Shown: positions 48,022-56,777 of the stretch, piece by piece
Position numbering within the stretch: the stretch's first letter is position 1
How the letters are laid out: each line of letters starts with the position of its first letter
Source: an uncultured Pseudomonadota bacterium
GTDB lineage: Bacteria > Bacillota > Sulfobacillia > JAUYEF01
Length of the DNA: 64,000 nt
Assembly (NCBI GenBank): GCA_964417635.1
Contig: CAYQIY010000011.1
Coordinates: 33,741-97,740 of the forward strand
Direction of reading: 5' to 3'
Made by a program: the position numbers and the translations under genes
The notes under the pieces: model-generated
What the model saw: only the letters and a program-made list of their open reading frames with translations
Told to the model about the DNA's origin: nothing
Databases searched by the model: none

Positions 48022-49132
48022 GCACTTTATGGATTGCTATTTCGGAGTGAACGGCTAAATCAATGTCGTGGGGTTCGACAAACACACCGTCGTGCGTGCT
48101 CAGCACTCGCACTCTCGGCCTCATGGGGTCATGGGTCTGTTCAGTGACGACTGCTACTCTTCCGTCTTCGAATAGCAATACGGCGCCTTCAGAGTAGAGA
48201 GCAATCCTAGACATCAAGATGTGCAGCAGACTTTGGTCCATTCCCGTGCTCGGTCTGGACAACAGCGATAACGCATCGCCGGGTGGTAGTGCTTCGCGGT
48301 ACGGCCGGTCTGTAGTGAGCGCGTCGTAAACATCCGCAATTGCAGCTATCCTTCCGTATTCGTGGATCTCTCCATTCTTGAGGCCGCGCGGGTATCCTGA
48401 GCCATCGGTTCGCTCATGATGCTGTAGGGCTACATGCGCAGATACCGCGCTTGTCTTCTGGCTGAGCATCTCAAAGCCTGCATATGAGTGAGTACGCACT
48501 ATCTCAAATTCCTCGTTGGTGAGTTGTCCAGGCTTGTTGAGGATTGACGATGGCACATGAATCTTCCCTAGGTCGTGCAGTAGAGCACCGGTTGCCAGTT
48601 TCTTGAGGTCATACCGGTTGTAGCCGAGAACCTGGCCAATCAATATACACAGGATACACACGTTTACACTATGTACGTAAGTGTAATCATCAAAACTGCG
48701 AACTGCGCACAGACTGTGGACGACATTTCGGTTCGACTGGATATCCTGCAAAATGCTCTCGACCGCGCTGTGTGGGCCGGTGATGTCAAAGGTATGTGAG
48801 CGTTCGGCCTCGAGCAGTGCCATCCGTACGGCGCCTGTTGCTTTAACTCGAGTCAGCACGCTTACCGGATCGCTGTGTCTGATTCCTCTGATGATCTCGT
48901 CTTCGATGGCTATGCGTGAGTAGCCCCAACGTTCGAGGCCTTCCACATACGACTGAGTCAGTACTGTGCCAGAGTTTAGCAGGATACGCCCGTCTGCGGC
49001 ATACACGGGTAAGGCAAGCGTCCTGCCAATTATGCTCTGGCCCACTCGCGCGATTCTCATGTGTTTACTCCAATCTGTCTGGTCGCGGTGCCTGCTAAGA
49101 AGGAGAGGCAACGGCTGCTCCGAAGTAATCAC
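47957..49132 (-). CDS. HD-GYP domain phosphohydrolase (putative c-di-GMP phosphodiesterase) with N-terminal uncharacterised domain
   Basis: HDLGK...HHERTDGSGYPRGL HD-GYP signature; likely start at Met25 (~49060). Confidence 0.8.
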   Translation of the reverse strand: MITSEQPLPLLLSRHRDQTDWSKHMRIARVGQSIIGRTLALPVYAADGRILLNSGTVLTQSYVEGLERWGYSRIAIEDEIIRGIRHSDPVSVLTRVKATGAVRMALLEAERSHTFDITGPHSAVESILQDIQSNRNVVHSLCAVRSFDDYTYVHSVNVCILCILIGQVLGYNRYDLKKLATGALLHDLGKIHVPSSILNKPGQLTNEEFEIVRTHSYAGFEMLSQKTSAVSAHVALQHHERTDGSGYPRGLKNGEIHEYGRIAAIADVYDALTTDRPYREALPPGDALSLLSRPSTGMDQSLLHILMSRIALYSEGAVLLFEDGRVAVVTEQTHDPMRPRVRVLSTHDGVFVEPHDIDLAVHSEIAIHKVLDDYPKELAQSIEKHLLCENN

Positions 49133-49217
49133 ATAGCATTACCGGCACACTATTATATCGTGTGATAGATGGCTCAAAGCATAGTGCTTTTTGTCGGTTG
49201 AGGAGAGACTAAATCGC

Positions 49218-51395
49218 ATGGTTCACAAAAGAGCGGTATACGCACGTGTAATCGTTGCTGAACGCACCCACGATGGCGCCGCCGCTTTTGACTATATGAT
49301 ACCTCCTGAGTTGATAGGCAGGTTGTCGCTTGGAGCGGGTGTGGCAGTTCCGTTCGGCAAAAAGGTCACGCATGCTTGTGTGACCTCTCTACTGCAGCAT
49401 TCCGAACGTGCCACAAAGCAGATAATCGATGTGCTGCCACGCGAGATGTGGCCTGGAGAAGAACTGTGCCGTCTCGCGCTTTGGGTTGCGGGAAGGTACA
49501 TGTGCGGAGTGGGAGTTGCGCTGCGCGCAGTGCTCATCGGAGGTGCTCGTGTGCCGACACAGGCACGCTATTCGCTTTCAGCAAGCGACGCACAGGCTAC
49601 GCTTACGGCTCAACCCCTGATTGAGTTGCTCAGAGACGGCCCCAAGACCAAGAGGAGCATTTCGAGGGCGCTCGGAGCAACCTGGCAAGAAGAACTCCAA
49701 AGCAGCATAAGAGCCGGACTCGTTGTTGAGACCGAAGAATTCAAGGTCAAGCACACAGCCAAGAAGACAGCCGTACGTGCGCAGCACGAGTATTCGGTCT
49801 TGTGCCAACCGGAGCCCGAACTCACAGACGCTCAGCACAGCGCACGTACAAGAATTGTGTCCGGTGACGGAGTGTTCGTGCTGTTTGGAGTCACTGCATC
49901 AGGCAAGACAGAAGTGTACCTTAAGGTTGTAGAGCAGCACTTAGAACGCGGGAGGGGCGCGATAGTGTTGATCCCTGAAATAGCGCTTACTCCGCAAACG
50001 GTGGGCAGGTTCAAGCAGCAGTTCGGTGAGCAGGTTGCTGTGCTTCATAGCGGTCTATCGCAGGGCGAGCGGCATGAGCAATGGCTCAGAATCAGATCTG
50101 GTGCCGCAAAGATAGCGGTGGGCCCGAGATCGTGCGTATTTGCGCCGGTTAAAAGCCTATCCTTGGTTGTCATCGATGAAGAGCACGACCGTGCGTACAA
50201 GCAGCAAGAAGAACCCAAATACCATGCCCGGGAAGTAGCCATAAGACGAGCTTCAAGCGTTGTGCTGGGTAGTGCCACCCCGTCGCTTGAATCGTTTCAC
50301 AAAGCGCTTACGAAGCAGTACAACCTGATCGAAATGCCTGACAGGCTGCCTGGGCTTGCGCTTCCTTCGTGCAGCATCGTGGATATGCGAGCAGAACTTG
50401 CGTCCGGTAATCGCAGCATATTCTCTGAAGCGCTGACGGAGTCGCTTAAAGAACGACTCGATAGAAAAGAGCAGGCGGTGCTTTTTCTTAACAGGCGAGG
50501 CTATGCGACGTTTTTGCTCTGCCGTGAATGCGGCCATGTGATAAGATGCCCGTGGTGCGATGTTTCGGGTGTGCTGCATGTATCGGAAAACAGGGTCAGG
50601 TGCCACTACTGCAACTGGTCTCTCAAGGCGCCCGACAGGTGTCCGGAGTGTGGCTCGAGCCACATAAGGCAGTTTGGTACCGGCACGGAGAAAGTGGCCG
50701 CCGAGGTCAGCGCGCTCTTTCCGGGTGCGAAAGTGTTGCGAATGGACAGAGATACGACGTCACGCAGGGGTTCGCACGAAGCGATCTTGACCGCGTTCCA
50801 ACGGCGTGAAGCAGACGTACTAGTGGGCACTCAGATGATATCCAAAGGACATGACTTGCACGGAGTAAGCCTTGTGGGTATCATCAATGCTGACACTGCA
50901 CTGAACATGCCTGATTTCCGGTCGAGTGAACGCACCTTCCAACTGATAGCTCAAGTGTCTGGACGCGCCGGGCGAGGAGAACAGCCGGGTGAAGTGGTGA
51001 TACAGACTTATTGCCCTGGTCACTACGCAATACGCTCTGCGGCTACACTGGATTACAGGAGTTTTTACGACACCGAAATTCGGTTCCGTGAAGAGCTCGG
51101 CTACCCGCCGTTCGGAGAACTGCTCGCTGTCTCTATCCGAGGCAAGAGCGCGGATGAGTGTCGGGAAACAGGGAGCAAAACTGTTGAACTGCTCACAAGT
51201 TCAAGCATTGGTGCTGAACTCGAGGTCTTGGGTCCGGCTCCGTGCCAGGTATCAAGGGTAAAAAGGGTTCACAGGTGGCAGATCCTGATAAAGTCTCGGA
51301 CTAGAGCCAAAGTGCGTGAAGCGGGAAGAATACTCTTGCGCCATTTGGATACGCGTCGAGTCTTGTTGGATGTTGATCCAGAACATATTACTTGA
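49218..51395 (+). CDS. priA: Primosomal protein N' (replication restart helicase PriA)
   Basis: ORF 49191..51395; start at Met10 after GAGGAGAG; Walker A GVTASGKTEV, DEEHD, Cys-rich zinc-binding region (CRECGHVIRCPWCD..CHYCNW..CPECGS). Confidence 0.9.
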   Translation: MVHKRAVYARVIVAERTHDGAAAFDYMIPPELIGRLSLGAGVAVPFGKKVTHACVTSLLQHSERATKQIIDVLPREMWPGEELCRLALWVAGRYMCGVGVALRAVLIGGARVPTQARYSLSASDAQATLTAQPLIELLRDGPKTKRSISRALGATWQEELQSSIRAGLVVETEEFKVKHTAKKTAVRAQHEYSVLCQPEPELTDAQHSARTRIVSGDGVFVLFGVTASGKTEVYLKVVEQHLERGRGAIVLIPEIALTPQTVGRFKQQFGEQVAVLHSGLSQGERHEQWLRIRSGAAKIAVGPRSCVFAPVKSLSLVVIDEEHDRAYKQQEEPKYHAREVAIRRASSVVLGSATPSLESFHKALTKQYNLIEMPDRLPGLALPSCSIVDMRAELASGNRSIFSEALTESLKERLDRKEQAVLFLNRRGYATFLLCRECGHVIRCPWCDVSGVLHVSENRVRCHYCNWSLKAPDRCPECGSSHIRQFGTGTEKVAAEVSALFPGAKVLRMDRDTTSRRGSHEAILTAFQRREADVLVGTQMISKGHDLHGVSLVGIINADTALNMPDFRSSERTFQLIAQVSGRAGRGEQPGEVVIQTYCPGHYAIRSAATLDYRSFYDTEIRFREELGYPPFGELLAVSIRGKSADECRETGSKTVELLTSSSIGAELEVLGPAPCQVSRVKRVHRWQILIKSRTRAKVREAGRILLRHLDTRRVLLDVDPEHIT

Positions 51396-51405
51396 TGGAG
51401 GACAT

Positions 51406-52836
51406 ATGGCAACCGAAATAGTGACTGAAGGCGAACCTGTACTCAGGCACAAGGCCAAGCCTGTGAAGCGTGTGAACACGTCCATACGCCGTCTTCTTGA
51501 TGAGATGGTAGACACTATGCGCGAAGCCAACGGTGTCGGACTTGCTGCTCCACAAATAGGCGTATCCAAGAGAGTGATTGTGGTTGACATAGGTCAGGGG
51601 CTTCACGAGATCATAAACCCTGAAATACTCAGCAGTGAGGGCTCGGTTCAAGGAATAGAGGGTTGCCTATCAGTGCCAGGTTGGATAGGTGAAGTCGAGC
51701 GCGCCGAAAGCATCAGGGTGACAGGATTGGACCGCGACGGCAGGCAGATCTGGCTCGATGCCTGTGGTTTTCTAGCGCGCGCATTGCAGCATGAGATCGA
51801 CCATCTCGACGGGGTGCTGTTTGTGGACAAAGCCATAAGCATCACCGAGGTCAAGGACGAAGATGAAGCGCAGGCTGAAGACTTGCCTGCTTCGAAACTT
51901 GAGCCATTTCGTATCGTATATATGGGGACACCCGAATTTGCGATTGCGCCGCTTGAATGCCTGCTTGCGGCGGGGCATCAAGTGGTACAGGTTGTTACCC
52001 AGCCTGACAGAAAAGGCAATCGTGGACGAATAGAGGTGCCTGCTGTAAAGCAGTACGCGCTTGACGCTGGATTGGCTGTTGTGCAGCCGCATAACGTCCG
52101 AGATGAGCAGTTTGTAGACCTTATTGCCAAACTTGAGCCCGACTTCATAGTGGTTGCCGCGTTCGGACAGATACTACCTGCTGCCCTGCTCGATGTGCCT
52201 AAGTTCGGAGCAGTGAACGTTCATGCGTCGCTTCTGCCAGCGTATCGAGGCGCAGCTCCTGTACAGCGTGCGATCATGAATGGTGAGCAATTTACCGGAG
52301 TCACTATCATGAAGATGGACATCGGACTTGACACGGGGGATATCATATTACAGGAGAAGGTTGCGATCGAAGCAGACGATGACTCCGGGACACTGGCTCA
52401 CAAGATTGCTGCAGTCGGCGCAAATCTGCTACCGAAGGCGCTGTTGATGCTGACCAGGCAGGATGTAGAACTGCGCAAGCAAGATGACGCAAACGCGTCG
52501 TATGCGCCCAGGCTTACCGCACGAGACGAAATAGTCGACTGGAGCCTGAGTGCCAGGCAGATAGCTCTTCAGGTGAGAGCGCTGTCTCCTCTGCCGGGTG
52601 CAAGGACGAAGTATAAAGACAGGTGGCTCAAGATATGGAAGGCGTCGGTGTGTTATGGTGGGCCGAACGGATTACCGGGTACGCTCGTGCGGGCCGAGGA
52701 AAGCGAACTCCTCGTCCTGACATCCGACCAAACTTTGCGTATAATTGAGTTGCAGCCCGCGGGTAAGAAGCGGATGACGGCAGAAGAGTTCTTACGCGGA
52801 TATCGGCCTGAGCCCGCGGCCAGGTTCTCGATGTAA
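51406..52836 (+). CDS. Peptide deformylase - methionyl-tRNA formyltransferase fusion (Def-Fmt in one reading frame)
   Basis: ORF 51316..52836; start at Met31 after GGAGGA; Def motifs GVGLAAPQ, EGCLS, QHEIDHL (aa 1-148), acidic linker KDEDEAQAEDLPASKLEPF, then Fmt domain (RIVYMGTPEFA..., HASLLPAYRG); no in-frame stop between the two domains. Confidence 0.8.
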   Translation: MATEIVTEGEPVLRHKAKPVKRVNTSIRRLLDEMVDTMREANGVGLAAPQIGVSKRVIVVDIGQGLHEIINPEILSSEGSVQGIEGCLSVPGWIGEVERAESIRVTGLDRDGRQIWLDACGFLARALQHEIDHLDGVLFVDKAISITEVKDEDEAQAEDLPASKLEPFRIVYMGTPEFAIAPLECLLAAGHQVVQVVTQPDRKGNRGRIEVPAVKQYALDAGLAVVQPHNVRDEQFVDLIAKLEPDFIVVAAFGQILPAALLDVPKFGAVNVHASLLPAYRGAAPVQRAIMNGEQFTGVTIMKMDIGLDTGDIILQEKVAIEADDDSGTLAHKIAAVGANLLPKALLMLTRQDVELRKQDDANASYAPRLTARDEIVDWSLSARQIALQVRALSPLPGARTKYKDRWLKIWKASVCYGGPNGLPGTLVRAEESELLVLTSDQTLRIIELQPAGKKRMTAEEFLRGYRPEPAARFSM

Positions 52837-52862
52837 GCATGGAGACCAGGAGGTAAGCGGCA

Positions 52863-53546
52863 GTGTTCTTTTTTGACACAGGTTATCTGATTTATGTGTT
52901 GCCCGCGATGATATTTGCGATGTGGGCGCAGTCGCGGGTTAGTTCAGCATTTCAGACTTATTCTCGACAAATGTCTTCGAGTGGACTCTCCGGAGCGCAA
53001 GTAGCGCGTGAGCTCTTGAACTCATCTGGTCTGACAGGCGTGCGCATTGAAACCACTTCGGCCACACTTGGAGACCATTACGATCCAAGGAGCAAAGTGC
53101 TGCGGCTTTCACGAAACGTGTATTCTTCAAGCTCTGTGGCCGCCTTGGGTGTAGCTGCACACGAAGTGGGCCACGCGATTCAGGACGCAACAGGGTATGC
53201 TCCCTTGTATTTGCGTAACGGGCTCGTGCCAATAGCTCAGTTTGGCTCTTCGGCAGCATGGCCGCTCTTTTTGGTGGGCTTCTTGTTTCAGTCGGAGATG
53301 CTGATGAATGTGGGCCTTCTTTTCTTCGCGGGTGCGGTGCTCTTTACGCTAGTTACTTTGCCTGTTGAATACAACGCATCAGGACGTGCTATTGGACTGT
53401 TGGAAGCCGGAGGCTACGTTAGAGGTAACGAGGTAGCCGCAGTGCGCAAGGTGCTCGACGCTGCAGCTCTAACATACCTCGCTGCAACAGCAGTGGCTGT
53501 TGCTCAGTTTCTACGGCTGCTTATGCTTCGAGGCAGAAGAAGATAG
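52863..53546 (+). CDS. Zinc metallopeptidase, YugP-like (HExxH membrane protease)
   Basis: 227 aa; HEVGHAIQ motif, TM segments; strong similarity to B. subtilis YugP as recalled. Confidence 0.75.
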   Translation: MFFFDTGYLIYVLPAMIFAMWAQSRVSSAFQTYSRQMSSSGLSGAQVARELLNSSGLTGVRIETTSATLGDHYDPRSKVLRLSRNVYSSSSVAALGVAAHEVGHAIQDATGYAPLYLRNGLVPIAQFGSSAAWPLFLVGFLFQSEMLMNVGLLFFAGAVLFTLVTLPVEYNASGRAIGLLEAGGYVRGNEVAAVRKVLDAAALTYLAATAVAVAQFLRLLMLRGRRR

Positions 53547-53582
53547 CTCACCCGAGACATATTCAGCTGCAAGGCCGCGCTC

Positions 53583-54983
53583 GTGTTCGAGTACGGCCTT
53601 GCTTGGCAGTCTGGCCTAAGGGGGGCGTGTGTTTTAGTAGAGGGACTGACGGCTAGACAACTGGTATTTCGAGTGTTGAGAAAAGTCCTTTTTGAGGGCG
53701 CATATGCTGACTTGGCGTTGAGCGCCGAACTCTCGCGCTCAAGTCTCGCGTCTGTTGACCGCGCGCTTGCCACTGAACTCTGCTACGGCGTGTTGAGGAA
53801 TCTCACCCTGTTGGACTGGACGCTGGATTCTTTTCTGAAACAGCCTATCTGTGATGCCCTGCCAGCAACTCAAGTATTGCTGCGCCTCGGGGCATACCAG
53901 ATACTTATGCTGGATAGGATCCCTCCTTATGCCGCTGTGAATAGCTGTGTTGAGATTGCCAAGCGCTTCGGTGCGCATCCATCACTGGTGAACGCAGTGT
54001 TACGCAGAATAGTGTCTTCTGGCCCACGCGAGTTGCCTGATTGGGATGATCCTGAGGCACGTATTTCGGTCGAGTACTCGCATCCAAACTGGCTGGTAAG
54101 TTACTTGCTTGAGACTTTTGGGCTCGAAGAGGCCGTACAGATCTGTCGGGCAAATAACAAGCCGGCTGCGCTCACGGTGAGAGTAAACTCAATTCGGTCA
54201 GATGTGCAGCACGCAGCTCAGCTGTTTTCAGAAGACGGAGTCAAGACTGAGCGGTGCGTGTATGCTGCTGAAGGTCTCAAGATCGTATCGCAGCAGATAC
54301 CGTTGGAAAAGACTCGGGCGCATACTCAGGGTATGACATATGCCATGGATGAGGCAGCAATGCTCGCTGCGCCACTTATGGGAGAGTGCGATGGGAAGAG
54401 CGTGCTCGATGCGTGTGCTGCCCCGGGGGGCAAGACGCTGCATCTTGCCGCGCTTATGAGAAACCGAGGAAGCATACTTGCGCTTGATGTGAGCCGTGCG
54501 CGATTAGGGTTGCTCAGCCAAAACGCCGCCAGGCTGGGCGCAGAGATAGTGCGCACAGAGTTGCTCGACGCGCGTGAAGCCAAGACTCGCTATTCTGGCG
54601 CATTTGACGCAGCGCTGTGTGATGTGCCGTGCTCTGGCCTGGGCGTCATACGAAGGCGGCCAGACCTGAGGTGGCGTAAGCATACGCTTCAGATATCGGG
54701 ACTGCGCAAATTGCAGCTTCAGATATTGGACTCGGTAGCACAGTGTGTGAAGCCGGGAGGAGTGCTGGTGTACACAACTTGTAGCATCCATCAAGACGAA
54801 AACGAACACAACGTGCACGAATTCCTTTCACAGAACTCTGAGTGGAGGCTTGACTCTGTGCTGGGTTATGTGCCCGAGAACCTAAAGCGTTTCGTCACAC
54901 ATGGCTGGCTGCAACTCTATACTCACCTGCATGGTACGGATGGGTTTTACTTTGCTCGACTGAAAAGAGCAGGGGGGCAGTGA
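53583..54983 (+). CDS. rsmB: 16S rRNA (cytosine967-C5)-methyltransferase RsmB (Sun)
   Basis: 466 aa; NusB-like N-terminal domain, SAM-binding DACAAPGGKT, catalytic DVPCSGLG and TCS motifs. Confidence 0.9.
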   Translation: MFEYGLAWQSGLRGACVLVEGLTARQLVFRVLRKVLFEGAYADLALSAELSRSSLASVDRALATELCYGVLRNLTLLDWTLDSFLKQPICDALPATQVLLRLGAYQILMLDRIPPYAAVNSCVEIAKRFGAHPSLVNAVLRRIVSSGPRELPDWDDPEARISVEYSHPNWLVSYLLETFGLEEAVQICRANNKPAALTVRVNSIRSDVQHAAQLFSEDGVKTERCVYAAEGLKIVSQQIPLEKTRAHTQGMTYAMDEAAMLAAPLMGECDGKSVLDACAAPGGKTLHLAALMRNRGSILALDVSRARLGLLSQNAARLGAEIVRTELLDAREAKTRYSGAFDAALCDVPCSGLGVIRRRPDLRWRKHTLQISGLRKLQLQILDSVAQCVKPGGVLVYTTCSIHQDENEHNVHEFLSQNSEWRLDSVLGYVPENLKRFVTHGWLQLYTHLHGTDGFYFARLKRAGGQ

Positions 54984-56065
54984 TGTTGTCTATATGTGTT
55001 CAGGGTCTTGAGAAAGCCGAACTACACGAGATAGCCGAGAGACTTGGAGAAAAACCTTTTAGAGGCACACAGGTTTTCGAGTGGGTTCACAAGAAACGTG
55101 CAATCGATTTTGAGCAAATGAGCAATATTGGGGTGGCAACGCGCGCGCTGTTTGAATCGGAGTTCAATCTCGAGTCACTAGAACTGGCAGAGAAACAAAC
55201 CGCCAGAGACGGAAGTCAAAAGTATGTGTTTAGGTGTAGTGACGGCCAGGCGATCGAGTCCGTTCTTATACCGCACAACTATGGCTACAGCGTATGCGTT
55301 TCTACTCAAGCGGGTTGCCGCATGGCATGCGTTTTCTGTGCCTCTGCTACCGGCGGACTAGCAAGAGACCTAAGCGCAGCGGAGATTGTGGGCCAAGTGC
55401 TGTATGTGCAGCGAGGCTTGGACGATTGCGGGCAGCGGGTTTCGCGGGTGGATTTCATGGGTTGTGGAGAACCGCTTGATAACTATGATAACGTCGTAAA
55501 GAGCATAAGAATCATGACTGACCCGTCAGGGCTTGCGATTGGGGCACGTAAGATAACGCTTTCAACGTGCGGACTTGCGCCGGAGATAAGACGACTCGCA
55601 AGAGAAGGGCTGCAGGTCACTTTGTCTGTTTCGCTTCACGCTCCTGACGACGCGACACGTACGACAATCATGCCTGTGAACAAGCGCTATCCTCTCAAGC
55701 AGGTACTCGAGGCTTGTGGCGAGTATTCTAGAATGACCGGGCGCAGAGTGACGTACGAGTACGCACTCATCGACGGTCTAAACGACAGTGTAAACTGTGC
55801 GCGTGACCTTTCGAGGCTTCTGCGTGGCAAGATGGCGCATGTGAACCTGATTCCGCTAAACCCCGTGTCCGGCCGTACGTACGTGAGAAGCGATGCTCAG
55901 AGCGTGATGGCGTTTTGCCGCGAACTCGAGCGTCATGGCGTGCCAGCTAGCATAAGGCGAGAGATGGGAAGTGAGATTGCGGCAGCATGCGGTCAGCTCA
56001 GGAGGAGAGAACTTGATGCAGATGGGCGCCGGCTCGAGAAAAGGGCGGGCAAGAGAGATAAATGA
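54980..56065 (+). CDS. rlmN: 23S rRNA/tRNA (adenine-C2)-methyltransferase RlmN (radical SAM)
   Basis: 361 aa; radical-SAM motif CRMACVFCAS. Confidence 0.95.
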   Translation: MMLSICVQGLEKAELHEIAERLGEKPFRGTQVFEWVHKKRAIDFEQMSNIGVATRALFESEFNLESLELAEKQTARDGSQKYVFRCSDGQAIESVLIPHNYGYSVCVSTQAGCRMACVFCASATGGLARDLSAAEIVGQVLYVQRGLDDCGQRVSRVDFMGCGEPLDNYDNVVKSIRIMTDPSGLAIGARKITLSTCGLAPEIRRLAREGLQVTLSVSLHAPDDATRTTIMPVNKRYPLKQVLEACGEYSRMTGRRVTYEYALIDGLNDSVNCARDLSRLLRGKMAHVNLIPLNPVSGRTYVRSDAQSVMAFCRELERHGVPASIRREMGSEIAAACGQLRRRELDADGRRLEKRAGKRDK

Positions 56066-56777
56066 AGATGCTTATCTTGCGAAGCAGATAGACAGCACTC
56101 GGGACATTTACCTGCTTGCAGTGGCCGACGGTATGGGAGGTCACCTGGCGGGCGAGATTGCTTCGTCTACTGCAGTCGCCGCGCTTTATGAGAGTATTAA
56201 GCAAGCGCTTGCTTCCGGAGAGTTGGAGCATTCTGTATCTGGATGCATGCTGCAGGCGTTCACAGATGCTAACGAAGCGATTATCTCCGGGGCGAACGAG
56301 TACAGGTCCAGACGAGGTATGGGAACCACGTTCACGGCCGCATTGCTCATGGGCAATAGGGTATGCATAGCACATGTGGGTGATTCAAGGGCTTATGTTC
56401 TCACAGAAGGCCGACTGAGACGCATCACGCAAGACCATTCGCTGGTTGCGGAAATGGTGCGAAATGGCGGATTGTCCGAAGAAGAGGCTGCATCCCACCC
56501 GCAGCGCAACGTGCTGACAAGAGCACTTGGCAGCCAGTCGAACGTCAGTGTAGATGTGGTCGAGTTTGATTTCACAGATAGGTACGTGACGGTGCTGGTT
56601 AGCGATGGTGTGTCGGGGTTGATAGCCGACCACGAAATCCAAGAAGCGCTTAGCAATATATGCAGCGCGCAACACGCTGCCGATACGCTTTGTGAGATTG
56701 CGATGTCGCGGGGTGGATATGACGATGCCACCTGCGTAATTGCATGCAGCCATTCACAGGGAGGTGAGGCTGTTTGA
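56016..56777 (+). CDS. prpC: PP2C-type Ser/Thr protein phosphatase (Stp/PrpC)
   Basis: ORF 55971..56777; start at Met16 after GGAGGAG; EDAYL, AVADGMGGH, DGVSG motifs; directly upstream of prkC. Confidence 0.9.
   Translation: MQMGAGSRKGRAREINEDAYLAKQIDSTRDIYLLAVADGMGGHLAGEIASSTAVAALYESIKQALASGELEHSVSGCMLQAFTDANEAIISGANEYRSRRGMGTTFTAALLMGNRVCIAHVGDSRAYVLTEGRLRRITQDHSLVAEMVRNGGLSEEEAASHPQRNVLTRALGSQSNVSVDVVEFDFTDRYVTVLVSDGVSGLIADHEIQEALSNICSAQHAADTLCEIAMSRGGYDDATCVIACSHSQGGEAV

Noticed and set aside
51883-51925. Separate fmt gene initiated from an internal TTG/ATG, making def and fmt two genes
   Set aside because: Not excluded, but there is no in-frame stop for def upstream and no convincing RBS before the internal starts; reported as a fusion with a sequencing-error caveat
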